This document shows positions 10,147 through 19,579 of a stretch of 64,000 nucleotides of DNA, piece by piece (the stretch's first letter is position 1; every line of letters starts with the position of its first letter). A program made the position numbers and the translations under genes. A model generated the notes under the pieces. It saw nothing but the letters and a program-made list of their open reading frames with translations, searched no databases and was not told the origin of the DNA. Source of the stretch: an uncultured bacterium (GTDB lineage: Bacteria > Verrucomicrobiota > Verrucomicrobiia > Limisphaerales > UBA8199); assembly GCA_963749495.1 (NCBI GenBank), contig CAVVMW010000014.1, forward strand, positions 288,001-352,000, given 5' to 3'.

Positions 10147-10464
10147 GTGATGCTTGTGATCGAGCCCATTACTCATATTCGACGCGATGAACGCGGGGTC
10201 GCTTGGATCGCCGAAACCAACACAAAAGTCGTCGAGGTCGCGATGGACCATGCCGCCTATGGCTGGGATGCGGAGGAGATCCACGCGGCCCATCCACACT
10301 TGTCGCTGGCCCAAATCCACGCAGCGCTCTCATGCTATTTCGATCACAAGCTGGAGTTCGACGGGCAGATGGAGCGGCAACTCCAGGATTACCACCGTCT
10401 GCGGGCTGAAGCCACCGGACAACTGACACGCGCAACTTTGATGGAGCGGCTCGCCGGGAAGTGA
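10147..10464 (+). CDS. DUF433 domain antitoxin
   Basis: 'HIRRDERGVAWIAETNTKV...AEEI...HPHLSLAQIHAALSCYFDH'; candidate promoter TTGCAA-N16-TAGACT at 10116-10143. Confidence 0.85.
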   Translation: MMLVIEPITHIRRDERGVAWIAETNTKVVEVAMDHAAYGWDAEEIHAAHPHLSLAQIHAALSCYFDHKLEFDGQMERQLQDYHRLRAEATGQLTRATLMERLAGK

Positions 10465-10548
10465 GCGTCGCACTATACATGGACGTGCACGTGCCCCGTC
10501 CGATTACACGTGGTCTGCGACGGCGGGAAGTGGACGTATTGACGGCAC
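10461..10548 (+). pseudogene. Truncated DUF5615 (PIN-like) toxin remnant
   Basis: MSVALYMDVHVPRPITRGLRRREVDVLTA is the typical DUF5615 N-terminus; similarity ends where the MFS gene starts. Confidence 0.75.
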
Positions 10549-11805
10549 ATGCACCCAATCGCAACCGAACGGCAGAGTCCAGCCCTGACTCGCGGGCAGT
10601 GGATGGTCCTGACTGCGGCGTTCCTGGGCTGGATGTTCGATGGGGTTGAGCAAGGGGTGTTTCCGCTGGTGGCGCGGCCGGCGCTGCTGGACCTGCTGCG
10701 GGTGGAGAGCGACAAGGAGATCGGGCTGTGGATGGGGTGCATCACGGCGCTGTTCCTTGTGGGTGCGGCCGGGGGCGGGCTGGTCTTTGGCTGGCTGGGG
10801 GATCGGGTTGGGCGTGTGCGGGCGATGATCTGGAGCGTGCTGGCCTATTCGCTGTTCACCGGTTTCAGTTACTTCGCCCAGGCAGCCTGGCAACTGGGCC
10901 TGTGCCGCTTTCTGGCGGCCCTGGGGATGGGCGGGGAGTGGGCGCTGGGGGTGGCGCTGGTGATGGAGTGCTGGCCGGAGAAACACCGCCCGCTGCTGGC
11001 CGGGGCCATTGGAGCGGCCTCCAACGTAGGGTTCGGGCTGCTGGGGGTGTTGGGGGCGGCTTTCCCGGTAACGCGGGGCTCATGGCGTTGGGTGATGCTG
11101 GCGGGGGCGGCGCCGGCGCTGCTGGCCTTGTTCATTGCGCGATACGTGCCCGAATCGGAGCGGTGGCGCCAGTCGGTCAAGACGGGGCGGTCCAGGCCAT
11201 TGCGGGAGATATTTTCCAGGGCGCTGTGGCGGCGGACAGCGCTGGCGATAGTGTTTGCCTCGATCGTGCTGGTGGGCACCTGGGGTTCGGTGCAATGGCT
11301 GCCCTCCTGGGCGGACCAGTTGACGCAGGGCAAGGTTGCCAGCGCCAAGGGCCTGACCCAGATGCTCGTCGCCATCGGGGCCATCATCGGTTGCTTCATT
11401 AGCCCCTGGATCGGCAGCCGGCTGGGGCGGCGCCCGGCCTATTTCATCCTCTGCCTGGCGTCGCTGATCTCCTGCGGCTGCCTCTTCCGCTGCACCAGCC
11501 ATTACGGCGCGTTCTTCCTGTTTATGTGCCTGCTGGTGGGCGGCTCTACCGCCTCGTTCTTTGGCTGGCTGCCGCTCTACCTGCCGGAGTTGTTCCCCAC
11601 GCGCGTGCGTGCGACAGGCCAGGGGCTCTGCTACAATTCCGGCCGTGTCCTGGCGGCGGTCGGCGCGGTCGAGACCGGCCGGTTGCTCCGGGCCTTCGAC
11701 GGCAGCTACGCCAAGGCTGGGGCAGTCATCACACTGGTCTATGCCCTGGGCCTGGTTGTCATCTGGCTCGCGCCGGAGACCAAGGGAAAACCGCTGCCGG
11801 ATTGA
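10549..11805 (+). CDS. MFS transporter
   Basis: Motif A 'GWLGDRVGRVR', 'GMGGEW' and 'PELFPTRVRATGQG'; about 12 TM segments. Confidence 0.92.
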   Translation: MHPIATERQSPALTRGQWMVLTAAFLGWMFDGVEQGVFPLVARPALLDLLRVESDKEIGLWMGCITALFLVGAAGGGLVFGWLGDRVGRVRAMIWSVLAYSLFTGFSYFAQAAWQLGLCRFLAALGMGGEWALGVALVMECWPEKHRPLLAGAIGAASNVGFGLLGVLGAAFPVTRGSWRWVMLAGAAPALLALFIARYVPESERWRQSVKTGRSRPLREIFSRALWRRTALAIVFASIVLVGTWGSVQWLPSWADQLTQGKVASAKGLTQMLVAIGAIIGCFISPWIGSRLGRRPAYFILCLASLISCGCLFRCTSHYGAFFLFMCLLVGGSTASFFGWLPLYLPELFPTRVRATGQGLCYNSGRVLAAVGAVETGRLLRAFDGSYAKAGAVITLVYALGLVVIWLAPETKGKPLPD

Positions 11806-11830
11806 TTGCACGGGAATTGAAAATTGAATT

Positions 11831-13342
11831 ATGACCCTCATTCACCATATCGCATCCGCCCGGCTCTATTTCATTCCGGTGCAAACCCGGGTCCCTCTCA
11901 AGTTCGGGCATGAGACAACGACCTCGGTGACGTGCGCGCGCGTGGCGTTGCGGGTGGGGGATGGGGCGGGCAACGAGGCTGAGGGCTGGGGCGAAACCCC
12001 ATTGAGCGTCCAATGGGTCTGGCCCAGTCCCCTGCCCTACGAGGCGCGGCACCAAGCCCTCAAGCACTTCTGCCGGCGGTTGGCGTCGGCCTGGGTCGCC
12101 TCGGGTGTCGAGAAGCCCGGCCACCCGCTGGAACTGGGTTATGACTTTCAGGAGCGCGTCTTGCGCAGGGTCCTGGACGAGTTCAACGAGCAGGGTGGCC
12201 CCAGGACGCACGAGGGACAAAAGGGACAAAAGGGACGCGAGGGAGCGGGCGTGCGAGCAGCAGGCAGGGCGGAGGAGTGTCTTCAGGGGATTGTCCGCGC
12301 CCCGCAGGAGGTGTCGATGCCTTGGCTGGCAGCCCTGGTCTGCAACTCCCCGTTCGACATCGCCCTGCACGACGCCTTTGGCAAGCTCATCGGCCGGCCG
12401 GTGTATGAGACTTATGGTCCTGATTGTCTGGGAACCGACCTGGGACGCTTTCTGGAGCCTGCAGCCGGGGCGTCGGTGAGCTTCCGCGGGCTTTACCCCG
12501 CCGACTTTTTCTGCCGCCGGCCCGCGACGCGGCTTGTTGCCTGGCACCTGGTGGGCGGGTTGGACGCGCTCGCGCCGGACGAGTTGACCGGCGCCGAGCC
12601 CCAGGACGGCGTGCCGGTCACGCTCCAGGAGTGGATTCGGCGGGACGGCCTAAAGTGCCTGAAGGTCAAGCTGTGCGGCAATGACGCGGCGTGGGACTAC
12701 CGGCGGGTGGTCAGGGTCGGGCAATTGGCCATCGCCGGGGAGGCGGCATGGCTGAGTGCGGACTTCAACTGCACGGTGCAGGAGCCGGCCTACGTGAACG
12801 AGATCCTGGATCGGCTGCGCGACGAGCAGCCGCGCATTTACGGCATGATCCTTTACGTGGAGCAGCCCTTTCCGTACCAGCTGGAGGAACACCCGCTCGA
12901 TGTCCGCAGCGTGTCGGCGCGCAAACCGCTGTTTCTGGACGAAAGCGCCCATGATTGGCGGATGGTGCGGCTGGGCCGGGAGTTAGGCTGGACGGGCGTT
13001 GCCCTCAAGACCTGCAAGACCCAGACCGCGGCGGTCCTGAGCGCCTGTTGGGCCAAGGCCCATGGCATGGGCCTGATGGTCCAGGACCTGACCAACCCGA
13101 TGCTGGCCCAGATCCCGCACGCGCTCCTGGCCGCCCATGCCGGCACCATTATGGGAGTCGAGACCAACGCCATGCAGTTCTACCCCGCCGCCTCGGCGCC
13201 CGAGGCGCAAATCCACCCGGGCCTCTACCAACGCCGTCAGGGAATGATCGACCTCTCCACCATCGGCGGCCCCGGCTTCGGCTACCGGCTTGAGGCCATC
13301 CAGCGCACGCTGCCGCCGCCGGAGGTGGTGGCCGGAGCGTAG
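11831..13342 (+). CDS. Enolase superfamily (mandelate racemase/muconate lactonizing-like) protein
   Basis: KxK motif 'CLKVKL'; metal ligands 'ADFN', 'YVEQP', 'LDES'. Confidence 0.8.
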   Translation: MTLIHHIASARLYFIPVQTRVPLKFGHETTTSVTCARVALRVGDGAGNEAEGWGETPLSVQWVWPSPLPYEARHQALKHFCRRLASAWVASGVEKPGHPLELGYDFQERVLRRVLDEFNEQGGPRTHEGQKGQKGREGAGVRAAGRAEECLQGIVRAPQEVSMPWLAALVCNSPFDIALHDAFGKLIGRPVYETYGPDCLGTDLGRFLEPAAGASVSFRGLYPADFFCRRPATRLVAWHLVGGLDALAPDELTGAEPQDGVPVTLQEWIRRDGLKCLKVKLCGNDAAWDYRRVVRVGQLAIAGEAAWLSADFNCTVQEPAYVNEILDRLRDEQPRIYGMILYVEQPFPYQLEEHPLDVRSVSARKPLFLDESAHDWRMVRLGRELGWTGVALKTCKTQTAAVLSACWAKAHGMGLMVQDLTNPMLAQIPHALLAAHAGTIMGVETNAMQFYPAASAPEAQIHPGLYQRRQGMIDLSTIGGPGFGYRLEAIQRTLPPPEVVAGA

Positions 13343-13614
13343 GGCGCCGGAGCGGTGATTGCCTGCGAGGAAAGAAAAAAACAGAAGGAAACGGAGGAAA
13401 CCAAGAAACACCTTGTCCCAGGCTCACGACATGCCTGGCCGAGTCCGCGCCGGCTCAACTGTCACTTTTCTGGATTGCAGCCGTCGAAGGTTCCCATCTT
13501 TCTGCCCCCATTTTTCTGCCTGCCTCTTTTTGGCTTGCAGACCATTGGGGCCATGCCTTGTCATTTGGCCAATTGGCACTTGACCCCGGGATTCCGGGAT
13601 GAGTCCATTGGCCC

Positions 13615-14007
13615 ATGGCACGCGCCTTGCGCATCGAACGGGCGGGCGGGCGGTATCACGTCACCGCCCGCAGATGGCAGGAAGTGGCGCGCTATGTGCA
13701 ATTGAATCCCGTACGGGTGGCGCGGCTGAAGCTGGACAAGTCGGGGCGCGCCGCCTCGCACGCCGGGGTTGCTTGCGGCCCGGGCGCCGAACTTGTGGCC
13801 GAGCGGCATGGCGACTGGGGCCGCGACGCGGCGCTGTGGCTGGGGCGGCGAACCGCCCGCTTCCCCTTGGCCGAGCTGGGCAAGTCAACTGACGGTTTGG
13901 ACTACGCCGTAGTGAGCAAAGCCCTCGCCCCCTTTGGCCGGCGCCTCGAAGCCGATCCCCGCCTGCGAGAAGATATAGCCGCAATCCGGGACCGATTGTC
14001 CAAATGA
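13615..14007 (+). pseudogene. Internally deleted REP-associated tyrosine transposase (RAYT) with C-terminal DnaA-like HTH
   Basis: MARALRIERAGGRYHVTAR joined directly to 'ARYVQLNPVR' with the HUH core missing; C-terminal 'GDWGRD..LWLGRR...LAELG...DYAVVS'. Confidence 0.75.
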
Positions 14008-14045
14008 CAAGTCATGACCCGAATGGGTTTACACCGCGGTTTTCA

Positions 14046-14429
14046 TCACCACGCCACGCGCTTCAAGCCGCGCACCTTGTCGAAATGTCCGTCGAGGGTG
14101 GCCAGGACCAGTTGATGCTGCCGGCTGAGGGCTGCAATCCAGATGTCGTTTTCAGGAATGGGGGTCGCCGCCGCGCGCAGTTCTTCGCGGATGTCGGCGT
14201 AATGATCAGCGGTGTCGGCATCGATCGACACCAGCGCGCACGTGGTTTTCACCTCCGCGATCCATCGCTCCAGCTTGGCTCGTTCACGGGACCTCCGGAT
14301 GCCAAAGAGGAACTCGCCGAGCGCTACGACGGGCACGTGCCAGAGCCGGTCCTTGGGCAGAACCCGCAACAGCCCGCGGTCAGCGTCGGCCCAGGCCGAC
14401 AGCGCGTTGGTGTCCAGCATCACTTCCAC
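14046..14429 (-). CDS. vapC: PIN domain (VapC) toxin
   Basis: LDTNA, 'LGE', 'IPENDIWIAA' and 'LATLDGHF' motifs. Confidence 0.92.
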   Translation of the reverse strand: MEVMLDTNALSAWADADRGLLRVLPKDRLWHVPVVALGEFLFGIRRSRERAKLERWIAEVKTTCALVSIDADTADHYADIREELRAAATPIPENDIWIAALSRQHQLVLATLDGHFDKVRGLKRVAW

Positions 14430-14665
14430 TCCTCCGCATCAACCTGGGAGAAGGCTTCCTCGATCGCGGATTGAATGCGCCGGATTTCTCCCTTTCTTAG
14501 GCTGGGAGGCGGCACTGGCCAGTCCGTTCGTTGACGCCGCCGGGGCGGGCACAGTTTCTCCTTCAGGGCGTCGGTCACGAACGTCTTGAGGGATAGGCCG
14601 CGACTGGCCGCAACCGTCTTGGCCTCGCGGAACAAGCGGTCTGGAATTTCCACTGTCGTTTTCAC
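14420..14665 (-). CDS. RHH-type antitoxin (VapB)
   Basis: GTG start; KTTVEIPDRLFREAKTVAASRGLSLKTFVTDAL; overlaps vapC. Confidence 0.85.
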   Translation of the reverse strand: MKTTVEIPDRLFREAKTVAASRGLSLKTFVTDALKEKLCPPRRRQRTDWPVPPPSLRKGEIRRIQSAIEEAFSQVDAEEWK

Positions 14666-14776
14666 GGCGCTACTTTGCCGTAAATATGGGCGGCGGTCAA
14701 TCCACGATTCTACGAAAACCACATGGTGGTTCGGGGGTGCGCGTGTGCTGCGCGGCCTCGCTGGGCCGCTGGAAGA

Positions 14777-14878
14777 CCCGTGGCGGTCCGCCCGGAAGTG
14801 AAAAGCTATGGGCTGACCCCTGACATGCCCGTGGCGGTCCGCCCGGAAGTGAAAAGCTATGGGCTGACCCCTGACATG
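14777..14878 (+). repeat. Two exact 51-bp tandem repeats; a third copy lies at 16917-16964 beyond the IS66
   Basis: CCCGTGGCGGTCCGCCCGGAAGTGAAAAGCTATGGGCTGACCCCTGACATG x2, no spacers. Confidence 0.9.
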
Positions 14879-14967
14879 CCCCTGATGACCCCTGACATGC
14901 CCCTGACAGTGGCGTAAAAGTTTAGCTCCTACCCCTCGGTTTTCGTCGAATTTCTGACTTTTACTCC

Positions 14968-15017
14968 TTGACGGCTTGACTTCCATGCCCTATAGTATGC
15001 GTATATATACGCATACT
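14968..15017 (+). promoter_or_regulatory. IS66 sigma70-like promoter with overlapping 24-bp perfect palindrome
   Basis: TTGACG-N17-TATAGT; AGTATGCGTATATATACGCATACT at 14994-15017. Confidence 0.7.
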
Positions 15018-15018
15018 C

Positions 15019-15300
15019 ATGAGCAAACAATCCGAAGTTCTCCGGCTCCGCCAGGAACAACTCAAACGCCAAATCAACGACGCCCTCCAACTCCTCCAAG
15101 GCTCGCTCCACAAGAACCCCTCCCAGCGCGGCTACCACCTGACCTTCAAGGTGGACCAGAAAACCGTGACCAAATATGTTCGCAAAGAACTGGTGCCTCT
15201 GGTCCGGGCCATGACCTGCAATCACCTCAAGGTCCGCAAACTCCTCCAGCGGCTCTCGGAGGCTAACTGGCGCCTGCTCCAACTGCCCCCCTCAGACTGA
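15019..15300 (+). CDS. IS66-associated small protein (DUF6788-like)
   Basis: 93 aa, 'LLQGSL...YHLTFKVDQKTVTKYV....V......N...R.L...LSE.N' pattern seen upstream of transposases. Confidence 0.7.
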   Translation: MSKQSEVLRLRQEQLKRQINDALQLLQGSLHKNPSQRGYHLTFKVDQKTVTKYVRKELVPLVRAMTCNHLKVRKLLQRLSEANWRLLQLPPSD

Positions 15301-15302
15301 CC

Positions 15303-16889
15303 ATGCCTGAATTCAAGGACCTGCCCGACGACTTTTGTTGCCCCTACCGGGATGGATGCCCTTATCTGGAAGGGCTCTCCACGGGCTGGGTCTTTCATCG
15401 CTACCAACAGGTAGCCGGCACCGAATGCCACTACGAATACCAACTCCAGGAACTCCACAAGGAGTTGGACCAGGAGCGGCGGCAGCGCAAGCAACTGGAG
15501 CTTGAAAACCAGCAACTCCGGGCGCAACTCCAGGCCCTGCACCGGCGCCAGTTCAAATGCCGCCGAGCACCCCGCAATCGCTCGTCAACCGACTCCAACC
15601 CGGAGAAGAAAGCCAAAAAGCGCGGCGCCCCCGTGGGCCATCCGCCCTGGCAGCGAGCCAAGCCCGAGCACATCGACCGCACCGTGCCGGTGCCAGCGCC
15701 CAAGATCTGCCCGCACTGCCACGGGAGCCACCTTCAACCCGTCGGGCAAGTCCATGAACATGTTCAGGAAGACATCGTGTTGGAACCCCGCGCCGTAGCA
15801 ATCCGCTTCGTCCATCAACAAAGCTATTGTTCGACTTGCGACTGCAATGTGCTTCAGCCGGGACCAGGTGAGTTGCTGGGCTCTTACATCGGTCCGGCGG
15901 CCAAGGCCACCGCCGTGTACATGCGTTACGAGTTGAACGTGTCGGACCGTAAAATCAGCCGCTTTTTCGCGGAGTTCTTCGGCTTGAGCTTTGTGCCCGC
16001 CAGTGCCTACGGCTTTGAGCGTCAGGCGGTGCGCCGGGGCCTGCCCCTCTACGAGGACCTGCGTCAAAAAATCCGCGCGCTGTCGGTGGCCCACGGCGAT
16101 GAAACCTCCTGGCGTAACGACGGCGACAATTACTTTGTTTGGTATGGCGGCAACGACCAGTTGGCCTTCTTTGTGTTCGCCCCCGACCGCTCCGGCCAGA
16201 CCGCCCAGAGCATTTTCGGGCGGCGCTTCTCCGGGATTTTAGTCTCCGACGCCTACGCCGCGTACAACGCCGTGCATCCCAAAGACTGGCAATCGTGTCT
16301 GTTCCACATCAAAAACAAGGCCAAGGAAGTTGGACAGGAATTGGCCCTGCTCCAAGGCGAAGCCGCCGACCCGGCCGCCCGAGAGTTTTGTGAGCAGATC
16401 CAGGACTTTGTTCACACTGCCTGCCAGACGCACCGCCGCTTGGCTCAGGGTTCGTGGCGGGCCACGGTCGCAAAGAGAAAGGAACTGGAACTGCGTCGCA
16501 CGTTGCGCCAGCTCTGCCGCCAGCCTCTGGACCACGCTAAAGCCGAGAGCTTTCGCCAGCGCCTCCTGGGCAAGGAACAGAAGCACCTGCTCACTTGCTT
16601 CCGCCACCCGCTCGTGCCACCGACCAACAGCCAGGCCGAGCGGAGTATGCGCCCGGTCGTGTTCATGCGCCATGTCGTGCACTGCACCCGTTCGGCCAAG
16701 GGCCTGGAGAACCACAGTGTCCTGCGCAGTCTCTTTGAAACCGCTCGGCGCCAGCGCCGGAGAGTCAACCAGTTCTTTTACGACCTGTTCACCAAAGACA
16801 CCGAGCAAGCCCAGGCTGCCCTGTATCGCAACACCGCCAAGGGAAAGTCGCGGCCACACCCGACTTGCGAGAAGAAAAAACCCCCGTGA
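15303..16889 (+). CDS. IS66 family transposase (TnpC)
   Basis: Coiled coil, 'KRGAPVGH', CxxC...CxxC zinc finger, 'GDETSW', 'LVSDAYAAY', 'QSCLFH', 'PPTNSQAERSMRP'. Confidence 0.93.
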   Translation: MPEFKDLPDDFCCPYRDGCPYLEGLSTGWVFHRYQQVAGTECHYEYQLQELHKELDQERRQRKQLELENQQLRAQLQALHRRQFKCRRAPRNRSSTDSNPEKKAKKRGAPVGHPPWQRAKPEHIDRTVPVPAPKICPHCHGSHLQPVGQVHEHVQEDIVLEPRAVAIRFVHQQSYCSTCDCNVLQPGPGELLGSYIGPAAKATAVYMRYELNVSDRKISRFFAEFFGLSFVPASAYGFERQAVRRGLPLYEDLRQKIRALSVAHGDETSWRNDGDNYFVWYGGNDQLAFFVFAPDRSGQTAQSIFGRRFSGILVSDAYAAYNAVHPKDWQSCLFHIKNKAKEVGQELALLQGEAADPAAREFCEQIQDFVHTACQTHRRLAQGSWRATVAKRKELELRRTLRQLCRQPLDHAKAESFRQRLLGKEQKHLLTCFRHPLVPPTNSQAERSMRPVVFMRHVVHCTRSAKGLENHSVLRSLFETARRQRRRVNQFFYDLFTKDTEQAQAALYRNTAKGKSRPHPTCEKKKPP

Positions 16890-17227
16890 CTGGGGTGGGC
16901 GCTAAACTATTACACAGTGGCGGTCCGCCCGGAAGTGAAAAGCTATGGGCTGACCCCTGACATGGTCTTGACCCCTGACATGGTCTGACATCATTTTCCG
17001 GATCGTATTCAAACTTTGTGCTGAGCTTTTCCTGCCACACTGAGAGTAGCCGAATCGAAGTTGCGCCCCGACCGGCTCGGATACCGATGCTCCAGAGGAC
17101 CTGAGAAGGCTGGCTTATTCAAATAGCCGGAGCGGCATCGCGCCGTCCGATTCGCGGGGGCCGGCGAGCGGCGGCAACGGACTCCAAACCCCGGTCCGCG
17201 TGGCCGCCGGTGGCGACGCGCAGCGGA

Positions 17228-17433
17228 TTTCGAAGAGCAGCGTGAGGCCCCCCTGCGGCGCGGCCCAGGGAACCTGCATCGTCTTGGGCCCGTGCTCCGG
17301 GCAATCTGCCCGCAGCGTCCGCGCTCGAATCGGCGCGGTAAGCCGCATCGTGTCCAGGTGCCCCCCACTTCCTCTGGGGCGCGCCCTGGTCAATGGAATA
17401 CTCCCGTCTGCACTCCGGGCACTCGGCCGCCAA
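17228..17433 (-). pseudogene. ISL3 family transposase N-terminal fragment, frameshifted
   Basis: 'CPECRREYSID' in one frame and 'HLDTM...RADCPEHGPKTMQVPWA.P....TLLFE' in another: the ISL3 zinc-finger region. Confidence 0.75.
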
Positions 17434-17656
17434 CGCCCAAGCGTAACGCAGGATGCTCCCGGCGGAGCGGAGCGGAGCGGAGCGAAGTCCGGCGCGAAGC
17501 GGTTGGATCTCAGCTCCAACCAGAACGCCCCAGCATGAAATGAGGCCCTGCCCAGTGTCTCCATTCTAAAAGCCTTCTGGCGCTCCGGCCCACCCTGGCC
17601 ACTAACTTCCAGGAATGTCCCAAGAACCTGACCCCTCAGAAGATAAAGCCAAGTCC

Positions 17657-18466
17657 TCATCGCTTCCTCTCGGCTGTCCCTGTCTTGTCGGGGGTTTGTT
17701 TTTCCGGGTCGGCGGTCTTCTTGTCCGCTGGATTGGCGCTGGCGGCGTGACGCAAGCGGTAGCTGCGCCCGGTGATCTGGATGATCTCAGCCTGCTGGAG
17801 GAAGCGATCCAAGATGGCCGTGGCGGCGGGGACATCGCCCAGCAATTGACCCCAGTCTTCGATGGGCCGGTTGGACGTGAGCAGAGTGGAGCGGTTCTGG
17901 TGCCGACGCACAATCAGTTCCAGGAGCGTCTCGGCGCTCTTGGGCGGAAAATGCTTCATGCCGAAGTCGTCGATGCAGAGCAGGTCGGGCTTGAGATAAC
18001 GGGTTAAGTTGCGTTGAGCCTCAGCCGGGGACTGGTCAGCCTGGAGTTCGCGGACCAAATCAAAGACCGAGCAATAGAGCACGATGAAGCCGGCGCGCAG
18101 GGCGGCGTGGCCCAACCCCTGGGCCAGGAAGCTCTTGCCCACCCCCGGGGGGCCCAGCAGCAGGACATCGCGGTGCTGGCGGATAAACTGGCCAGTGGCC
18201 AGGTCGAAGATCTGGCTGCGTTTGATGGAGGGGTTGAAGCTCCAATCGAAGTCCTCCAACGGTTTGAGGTCGTGGAAGCCGGCGGCCTTTTTGCGCCGTT
18301 CCAGCCGGCGCTGGGCGCGCACGTTCAGTTCGTCCTGCAAGAGCAGTTCCAGGAACTGCAAGTGGGGCAGTTGATGGGAGGTGGCTTCCTGCACGCGCAC
18401 GTCCAGGCTAGCGCCCAGGCCGGAGAGCCGGAGCTGGCGGCAGGCTTCTTTGAGGTTATGGGTCAT
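17657..18466 (-). CDS. istB: IS21 helper ATPase IstB
   Basis: 'LEDFDWSFNP', Walker A GPPGVGKS, 'LLCIDDFG', 'TSNRP', 'AILDR', 'GRSYR'. Confidence 0.93.
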   Translation of the reverse strand: MTHNLKEACRQLRLSGLGASLDVRVQEATSHQLPHLQFLELLLQDELNVRAQRRLERRKKAAGFHDLKPLEDFDWSFNPSIKRSQIFDLATGQFIRQHRDVLLLGPPGVGKSFLAQGLGHAALRAGFIVLYCSVFDLVRELQADQSPAEAQRNLTRYLKPDLLCIDDFGMKHFPPKSAETLLELIVRRHQNRSTLLTSNRPIEDWGQLLGDVPAATAILDRFLQQAEIIQITGRSYRLRHAASANPADKKTADPEKQTPDKTGTAERKR

Positions 18467-18540
18467 GGTGTTTTGGTTTTGATGAACAGGCCGTATTCGG
18501 CCAGGTTGCGGATGAGGGGATGGCTCTGCGCGAAGTCCAT
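18463..18540 (-). pseudogene. C-terminal remnant of IS21 transposase IstA
   Basis: MDFAQSHPLIRNLAEYGLFI...; HPxIRxLxEY tail overlapping the istB start; the rest of istA is absent. Confidence 0.65.
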
Positions 18541-18685
18541 GTGAGTCTGGATCTCGCGCTGGCGCTGTTCCAAGAGCGCCTTAACATCCCGCAGTCGCCA
18601 GGCCCCGCGAGACAGGGCGCTGGCGCAAGCATCGTTGAGAGTTTTGAACGAGTGGCGATCGATCAGGCCGATGGTGCAGGTGGAG

Positions 18686-18800
18686 GTGGAGGGGTCAGTC
18701 CTAGAAAAATGACAAAACTGCCTTTAACAGCAATGCTTTGCTCGCGAGAAACGATGCTGACACAGCCAATATGTCATTTTTCTAGGACTGACCCCTCCAC
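18686..18800. repeat. Perfect 29-bp inverted repeat with 57-bp spacer (REPIN/MITE-like)
   Basis: GTGGAGGGGTCAGTCCTAGAAAAATGACA (18686-18714) and its exact reverse complement (18772-18800). Confidence 0.9.
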
Positions 18801-18807
18801 ATATGTC

Positions 18808-19068
18808 AAGTTGAGGCGTGAGAGGGCCGAAGCGAAAGGGGAGCGCATCGTTGCGGAGGAGTTGAAGCGTTTGCGATGGAGCCCGGATGACTTGAAGGGG
18901 CACTTGAAGGGCGACCCGGCAAAGCTGGCCCTGGTGGCGCGGTTGCGGCGCGAGACCACCTTGACCATCCGCCAAATCGCCGAGCGGTTGCACATGGGCA
19001 GTTGGAAGAGCCTGAACAACAAGCTGTATCTGCGCCGCAAGACCGAGCCGGAGGAGGTCAAAAAGTGA
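18808..19068 (+). pseudogene. C-terminal fragment of a RAYT-type transposase
   Basis: 'EAKGERIVAEELKRLRW...KGDPAKLALVARLRRETTLTIRQIAERLHMGSWKS' HTH tail; no N-terminal catalytic part. Confidence 0.65.
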
Positions 19069-19336
19069 AAAGTTATGGTTTGACGCTTTTCTCTTTTGGT
19101 TTGACGCTTTTCTCTTTTCTCTTTTCTGACCCTTTTCCCTTTTCCCTTTTCCCTGAAGTGTCGTAGCGTGGGGCCGATTGCGCAATCGCTGTGCTCACGT
19201 TGGCAACGAGAAGGGCGAACAATAGAAGGTTCTTGACGGTGTTCACTGATAGGAATTCGGTTTTTTGCCGCGGCGCCGGTTATTGACGCCGTGCGGGTGA
19301 TCATGTTAACGGTTGCGGTCCATGGCGGCGCGTCTT

Positions 19337-19579
19337 CTATTTCCCCCCTCTGGCCAGGAGAATGCACTTACAATATTTCTGGTCGCATCCTGCGAGAGGC
19401 AACTGAGGCGCGTCCTGGATCTCGAAGACCCTGCCTTTCACGGCGCGGTAGGCATCGCATTCATCCTCTTCGCAGTTGCAGCCGAGGACCTGGACGAATT
19501 TGATTCCGGCTTCCCGAAAGCTCTGGAGCCGGCGGCGGGACATTTCCCGCACCTCCTCATTTGGGATCGGCTCACTCAT
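19337..19579 (-). CDS. Small Cys-rich hypothetical protein
   Basis: 80 aa with 'C...C....GRVFEI.DAP.LP..GC....CKC'; ATGA overlap with the upstream gene. Confidence 0.6.
   Translation of the reverse strand: MSEPIPNEEVREMSRRRLQSFREAGIKFVQVLGCNCEEDECDAYRAVKGRVFEIQDAPQLPLAGCDQKYCKCILLARGGK

Larger units (their letters stand above)
14914..16913 (+). mobile_element. IS66 family insertion sequence (no TnpB helper), 2000 bp
   Basis: GTAA...TTAC ends; IRs GTAAAAGTTTAGCTCCTACCCC vs GTAATAGTTTAGCGCCCACCCC (19/22); 8-bp TSD ACAGTGGC at 14906-14913 and 16914-16921. Confidence 0.93.

Noticed and set aside
14777..16964. 51-bp direct repeats as a CRISPR array
   Set aside because: The repeats are contiguous with no unique spacers, and there are no cas genes.
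17100..17600. Defined ends or TSD for the ISL3 and IS21 fragments
   Set aside because: Candidate GGCTT termini have no matching target duplication, so boundaries cannot be supported.
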